Assembly: GCA_964416445.1 (NCBI GenBank)
Contig: CAYQEE010000005.1
Span: 52,060-116,059 of the forward strand
Source of the DNA: an uncultured Gammaproteobacteria bacterium
GTDB taxonomy: Bacteria; Patescibacteriota; Microgenomatia; Levybacterales; UBA12049
Length of the DNA stretch: 64,000 nucleotides
Direction: 5' to 3'
Of this stretch, positions 59,758 through 64,000 are shown piece by piece. Position 1 is the stretch's first letter, and every line of letters starts with the position of its first letter. The notes beneath the pieces are model-generated. The model was not told the DNA's origin, did not search any database, and saw only the letters and a program-made list of their open reading frames with translations. The position numbers were made by a program, and so were the translations under genes.

Positions 59758-59823
59758 TGCGGGGTCGGTATCGAAACCGAACTATGAGATTATGAGCCTC
59801 ATGTGCGCCTTACACTACCCCGC
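59758..59823 (-). other. Compressed tRNA-like element with a canonical CAU anticodon loop (possible degenerate tRNA-Met/Ile2 or tRNA-derived remnant)
   Basis: Minus-strand reading: GCGGGGT-ag-tgt-aaggcgc-aca-tgagg-CTCATAA-tctca-tagt-(t)cggt-ttcgat-accg(a)-ACCCCGC-a. It has a 7-bp acceptor stem and a perfect anticodon stem with loop CUCAUAA. The D-stem is only 3 bp and the T-loop only 6 nt, for 66 nt in total. Confidence 0.35.
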
Positions 59824-59879
59824 GCGTGTAGGCATAGTATCAAAAATAGACAGATTAAGTCAACCTATAGAGTCCTTTC

Positions 59880-60194
59880 ATGAACTCTTACATTCCTATT
59901 ACTGCTTTTTGCGAACCCATTTATGCTAGCTACTTATGGTGTCTGTATATGACTTCGTTGGATGTCTTGTATTATGCTTTAGCTATTGGTTTTCTTTCTG
60001 TTGCTGGAGCGATATGGTATTTAACCGTTTCAATTGTTGAATTAGTACAACAATTAAAACCGATATTCCATAATATTGAGCTCCTTACTGCTGATATTGA
60101 AGCAGTGGGAAGTGCAGTAAAGAATGCACAAAGAGGGATAGTAGGTAAATTAATTGGTATAACAAGATTTTTTCATAGAACGGAGGTGAAGTAA
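59880..60194 (+). CDS. Small membrane protein
   Basis: 104-aa ORF with one or two TMs. Confidence 0.3.
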   Translation: MNSYIPITAFCEPIYASYLWCLYMTSLDVLYYALAIGFLSVAGAIWYLTVSIVELVQQLKPIFHNIELLTADIEAVGSAVKNAQRGIVGKLIGITRFFHRTEVK

Positions 60195-60195
60195 A

Positions 60196-60393
60196 ATGGC
60201 TACCATAGTAAATAATCCACAGCCAGCCAGTAGTGATAATGGTGTGGGATTTCTTCTCGGAGTACTTGTGTTGATTGTTTTTGTTATGCTTTTTCTAGTA
60301 TATGGTGTACCATATCTTATGAGTTATTTGCGTGGTCCTCAAATCAATATTCCAAGTAGAGTTAATGTGAATGTCCATACATCGGGGAAATAA
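60196..60393 (+). CDS. Small membrane protein
   Basis: 65-aa ORF with one TM (GFLLGVLVLIVFVMLFLVYGV). It begins 2 nt after the previous ORF. Confidence 0.3.
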   Translation: MATIVNNPQPASSDNGVGFLLGVLVLIVFVMLFLVYGVPYLMSYLRGPQINIPSRVNVNVHTSGK

Positions 60394-60408
60394 AAAGATC
60401 GTAATGGA

Positions 60409-60963
60409 TTGTGTATGAATAAGCAGAAAGAACTTGAAAGAATAGCATTCGAAATTGAACAATGTATCATTTGTCAGCAAGGGAAAATAGGAAAAGCAGT
60501 CCCAGGTGAAGGAAATCCTGATGCACAGATTGTATTTATTGGAGAAGCACCCGGAAAACAAGAGTCTTTAACCGGAAAACCCTTTATTGGTCGATCAGGT
60601 AAATTATTACGATCAGCGATACAAGATATTGGATTGTCAGAAAAGGATATCTATATTACGAGTCCGGTGAAATATTTACCAAAGCGAGGAACACCAAGTC
60701 AAAAAGATATTGAACATGGAAAAATTCATTTAGACAAACAACTTGCTATTATAGATCCACAAATAATTGTTCTCCTTGGTTCTGTTGCTTGTAAGGGAGT
60801 TCTTGGACAAGCAATACCTGTTCTTGAGAAACATGGTACAGTTATAAAAAAAGATTCAAGAACTTATTTTATTACTGTGCATCCTGCTGCAGCTTTACGG
60901 TTTCCTCCTTTGCGAAAAACGTTTCTTGAAGATTTTCAGAAGCTGAAAAAACTTATTACGTAA
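60409..60963 (+). CDS. Uracil-DNA glycosylase, family 4
   Basis: CIICQQ, then GEGNPDAQIVFIGEAPGKQESLTGKPFIGRSGKLL, the family-4 UDG motif A (GEAPG..E) region. 184 aa. Confidence 0.8.
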   Translation: MCMNKQKELERIAFEIEQCIICQQGKIGKAVPGEGNPDAQIVFIGEAPGKQESLTGKPFIGRSGKLLRSAIQDIGLSEKDIYITSPVKYLPKRGTPSQKDIEHGKIHLDKQLAIIDPQIIVLLGSVACKGVLGQAIPVLEKHGTVIKKDSRTYFITVHPAAALRFPPLRKTFLEDFQKLKKLIT

Positions 60964-61163
60964 AATTCAGCAAATATTAAGCATATTCTTTCATAATTCT
61001 TACTTGGCTATTAAGCGAATATAGTTTCTTCTTGGTATGTTCAATAATAAACTCGGAGAAGAATAAATGAGAGTATTTCTTTCTACAATCTTACTTTTCT
61101 TTCTCTTTGGTTTTACCAACCGAGTATACGCTAAATAAATAGATTGAAAGGAGGTGAATGAAT

Positions 61164-61391
61164 ATGGCAACAAAAAAAGGACGAGGATGGCACGGAGATC
61201 CAGATGGACATAAAAAAGCAGGCCAAAAAGGAGGTCAATCAACTGCTCGAACACACGGACAAGATTTTTATAGTACCATCGGACGAAAAGGTGGTAGTGT
61301 GAGTGGAGGAAATTTTGCAAAAGACCCACAAAGAGCACGTGATGCTGGACGAAAAGGTGGTCATGCTCGAAAATCACATCAAAATCGATAA
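61164..61391 (+). CDS. KGG-repeat stress-induced protein (YciG/Con-10-like)
   Basis: Repeated (R)KGG(Q/S/H) motifs (QKGGQS, RKGGSV, RKGGHA). A perfect SD (AAAGGAGGTGA) lies 7 nt upstream of the ATG at 61164. Confidence 0.7.
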   Translation: MATKKGRGWHGDPDGHKKAGQKGGQSTARTHGQDFYSTIGRKGGSVSGGNFAKDPQRARDAGRKGGHARKSHQNR

Positions 61392-61397
61392 AACGAT

Positions 61398-61946
61398 TTA
61401 CACTACTTCAACAGATGGTGCAAATGCCATCTGTTGGTAGTAGCGTGAGGTTGATTTGTAGGAGAATATTGATTTATTCTGTATATGATAGGGATCATAT
61501 ACAAGAATTTTTTCCAATAAGAGTATTGCCTTATTGAGTGCATGAGGAAGGATGTTAAGGTCAGTAAGACCAATATTAATGGTTATGTGAAAAACGCCAT
61601 AAGGATCTTTAATCCAATTCCATGCGGTTTCACCTTTAATTATAATTCGATAGTTATTTTGCTCTACTTTTAATTGATAAAGATATTCTAAAAGGATATG
61701 TTCAAATAAATGTCCTATCTCTGTTCTTTTCACTTCTTTGGAAAATGGTAATCCTTTGTCATTAAAACATTTTGAAGTATGAATACTGGGCAGTAATTGC
61801 GTTAATATTTCATAGGTTTCGGGAATTGCAGAAGTATTAACTGTTTGAGAGAATACCTGCATTTTTAAATATGTTTTATAAGGCTTGGGGTGAATAGTAA
61901 GAGAAAAATATTTATTACTTATTGATGGGTAAGAAAATAAAACCAT
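61398..61946 (-). CDS. Hypothetical protein
   Basis: 182-aa ORF, soluble, no motif recognised. Confidence 0.35.
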   Translation of the reverse strand: MVLFSYPSISNKYFSLTIHPKPYKTYLKMQVFSQTVNTSAIPETYEILTQLLPSIHTSKCFNDKGLPFSKEVKRTEIGHLFEHILLEYLYQLKVEQNNYRIIIKGETAWNWIKDPYGVFHITINIGLTDLNILPHALNKAILLLEKILVYDPYHIQNKSIFSYKSTSRYYQQMAFAPSVEVV

Positions 61947-62258
61947 AAAATAAATGCTTCTTACGAGTCTATTACAGATCTATTACTAATAATAGTAAAG
62001 AATTTTACTTAGGTTGTCAAATAAGGCTAAGCTAGCAATTTAGCCTTAAATTCTCAGCAAATTCTCAGCATTTTCATACAAAAATCATACAGTTCATCTG
62101 AGCTATTTTTATACCTGATAATGAGAAAAACAGAGCATTATTTTCTTATATTATTTGTAATATAGTAACATATAAAATGCTTGTTAAGAAAAGCATCAAA
62201 TGTAACCTTCTCAAAAAATGGTTTTCTCTATATACTGAATAGAGCTACTTTATTATTT

Positions 62259-64000
62259 ATGGATCAACTAAGACTACCCCCAAAGCATCATCTGAAGTTG
62301 AATCAATGGTTTGCCACAGCAATTTGTGGGAATGATATCTTAAGTTCTACCTTTTATGTTTCAGGAATTGCTATAATTTTTGCCGGTATCTATGCCCCTC
62401 TCGTTCTCACCATTATCGTTCTAGTGCTATTTTTTTATAAATCAGTATATATTGAAGTTGTCGAAGCACTCCCAACGAATGGTGGAGCATACAATTGTCT
62501 GTTAAATGCTACTTCAAAATCCATGGCTGCTGTCGCAGGTACAATTACAATTCTTTCCTATATTGCGACATCTGTGATATCGGGAAAAGAGGCAATTGCT
62601 TATCTTCAAACTGTCATTACAAAACTTCCTATTATTCCTTTGACGATTGTTCTCTTAGTATTTTTTGCCTTGTTAGTTATTGCAGGCATTAAAGATTCTG
62701 CGAAAGTCGCATTTGGTATTTTCGCATTTCATATCTTGGTACTTGTATGGTTTCTTATTTTAGGAATTGCATATATCTTTTATGGTCATTCATATTTTTT
62801 GCAAAATATCACGTATACGCAGTTACTCATACCAAAATGGGGTGGACTTATGTGGGCACTTTTTTTTGGATTCTCAGCATCGCTACTTGGAGTTTCCGGA
62901 TTTGAAACGTCAGCAAACTTTGTAGAAGAGCAGCATAAGGGGGTTTTTCGTAAAACACTCCGTAATATGTTGATTGGTGTTGCTGTTTTTAATCCTTTAA
63001 TAACACTTATTGCATTGAATGCGCTGTCATTTCCGACTATTATTAAGGCACAAGATTTTCTTCTTTCAAATACAGCTCAGGTGATAGGGGGGAGTGTTTT
63101 TAAATATATTGTTGTTGGTGATGCTTTTCTTGTTTTAGCAGGAGCAGTATTAACTGCATTTGTTGGAGTCAGTGGACTGATCTATCGCATGACGTCAGAT
63201 GGTTGTTTTCCCAATATTTTAACAACTGAGAATAAAAAAGGATCTTATCCATATATTGTTATTACATTTTTTCTCTTATGCTTATCCATTTTGCTCATCA
63301 CAAAGGGTGACTTACTTTCTCTTGCAGGAGTCTATACCATTGCTTTTTTAAGTGTGATGAGTCTTTTTGCATTTGGCAATCTTTTAATGCGTGAAACGCG
63401 TCGTGAACTCAAACGAACATATCATGCTCCACTACTCTTCGTGATATTTGCACTTTCTGCGACTTTACTTGGAATTGCAGGAAATATACGAATTGATACA
63501 AGTAACTTACGTTATTTTCTTATCTATTTTATTCCTTCCATAACAATTGTTTTCATACTTCTCAAGTTTGATGTTATTCTACGATTGCTTCTTCGGACTT
63601 CACGGAAAGTTCCAGTAGTTCATCGGTTTCTCTATAACCGTTTTCAACACTTAACCGATGGTACGTTTGTTGTATTTGTGCATCATATCAATCGACTTTT
63701 CCAAGTCTTTGAATATATTGACCGTAATGAAACAGGAAGAAATATCTATCTCGTTTATTGTGGTGTGCATCACGATAAAGAAATTGATCGGACCTATGAA
63801 CAACTAAAAACGACGCTTCCTGCGTTAGAGCATGCGGGAGCGTTCCCTGATTTTAATGTTCATATTCTCTATAAAAATGGTACGTTTGGAGCTGACATGA
63901 TTGACAAAGTAGCAAAAGAACTCAAGGTGAATAAAAATAGAATTCTTATTGGATCTATTCATGATGAACATGAATTTGACTATGAAGATCTCGGTGGGGT
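62259..64000 (+). CDS. APC-superfamily amino-acid/polyamine permease with a C-terminal cytoplasmic domain (3' partial, continues past the window end)
   Basis: The ORF is open from ATG 62259 to the window end, which is why it is absent from the track. It has 12 TM-like helices and GAYNCLLNATSKSMAAVAGTITILSYIATSVISG typical of APC transporters. The last ~150 aa are hydrophilic. Confidence 0.6.
   Translation, partial: MDQLRLPPKHHLKLNQWFATAICGNDILSSTFYVSGIAIIFAGIYAPLVLTIIVLVLFFYKSVYIEVVEALPTNGGAYNCLLNATSKSMAAVAGTITILSYIATSVISGKEAIAYLQTVITKLPIIPLTIVLLVFFALLVIAGIKDSAKVAFGIFAFHILVLVWFLILGIAYIFYGHSYFLQNITYTQLLIPKWGGLMWALFFGFSASLLGVSGFETSANFVEEQHKGVFRKTLRNMLIGVAVFNPLITLIALNALSFPTIIKAQDFLLSNTAQVIGGSVFKYIVVGDAFLVLAGAVLTAFVGVSGLIYRMTSDGCFPNILTTENKKGSYPYIVITFFLLCLSILLITKGDLLSLAGVYTIAFLSVMSLFAFGNLLMRETRRELKRTYHAPLLFVIFALSATLLGIAGNIRIDTSNLRYFLIYFIPSITIVFILLKFDVILRLLLRTSRKVPVVHRFLYNRFQHLTDGTFVVFVHHINRLFQVFEYIDRNETGRNIYLVYCGVHHDKEIDRTYEQLKTTLPALEHAGAFPDFNVHILYKNGTFGADMIDKVAKELKVNKNRILIGSIHDEHEFDYEDLGG

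Noticed and set aside
61000-61377. 125-aa minus-strand ORF
   Set aside because: It is antisense to the KGG-repeat gene. That gene has an excellent RBS and a recognisable motif, whereas the antisense ORF has neither.
1-64000. Alternative genetic code (UGA=Gly, code 25) as in some CPR lineages
   Set aside because: Long conserved genes (nrdJ, mutS, mutL, the PBPs, gap) are uninterrupted under the standard code, so no recoding is needed.

Overview
This window is a low-GC, gene-dense bacterial chromosomal segment with short intergenic spacers. The gene content suggests a small-genome, Candidate-Phyla-Radiation/Patescibacteria-like organism, but that is inference and no single gene proves it. The evidence is many large proteins with no recognisable family, several GT-C-type integral membrane proteins, two tandem class-A PBPs, TP/PT-repeat surface proteins, a class II (B12-dependent) RNR under NrdR, and an isolated PanB beside a possible archaeal-type phosphopantothenate synthetase. 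The standard genetic code fits, since long housekeeping ORFs are uninterrupted.

Confident calls:
- Pyridoxal phosphate synthase genes pdxS and pdxT.
- A pfkB-rpiB-rpe sugar-phosphate operon.
- Two PBP1A paralogues.
- gap.
- nrdR-nrdJ followed by a DUF4430-like gene and a PduO-type cobalamin adenosyltransferase.
- mutS and mutL.
- smpB with a tmRNA immediately downstream. The tmRNA 5' end overlaps the smpB stop codon.
- Three tRNA-Ser, one tRNA-Arg(GCG) and one tRNA-Ile with a UAU anticodon.
- queF convergent with a yhhQ-type preQ transporter.
- A Xer-type tyrosine recombinase, radC, a family-4 UDG, a NOX/ferric-reductase-like flavocytochrome and a KGG-repeat stress protein.

The most interesting region is 45.5-50.9 kb. 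It reads, in order:
- a sigma70-like promoter;
- a ~140-nt structured leader ending in a strong intrinsic terminator 11 nt before the start codon;
- a 632-aa unknown protein with a C-terminal Cys cluster;
- a 54-aa triple-CxxC mini-protein;
- a TP-repeat protein;
- a translationally coupled 792-aa membrane-anchored FtsK/TraG(VirD4)-superfamily ATPase;
- the tRNA-Ile(UAU).

Elsewhere there is a TrbL/VirB6-like polytopic protein with two tail-anchored ~730-aa unknowns nearby, and a dockerin-bearing PT-repeat surface protein. Hexanucleotide microsatellites encode the TP and PT linkers. There is also a compressed tRNA-like element with a perfect CAU anticodon loop.

All calls come from reading the sequence and the supplied ORF translations. 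No searches were run.
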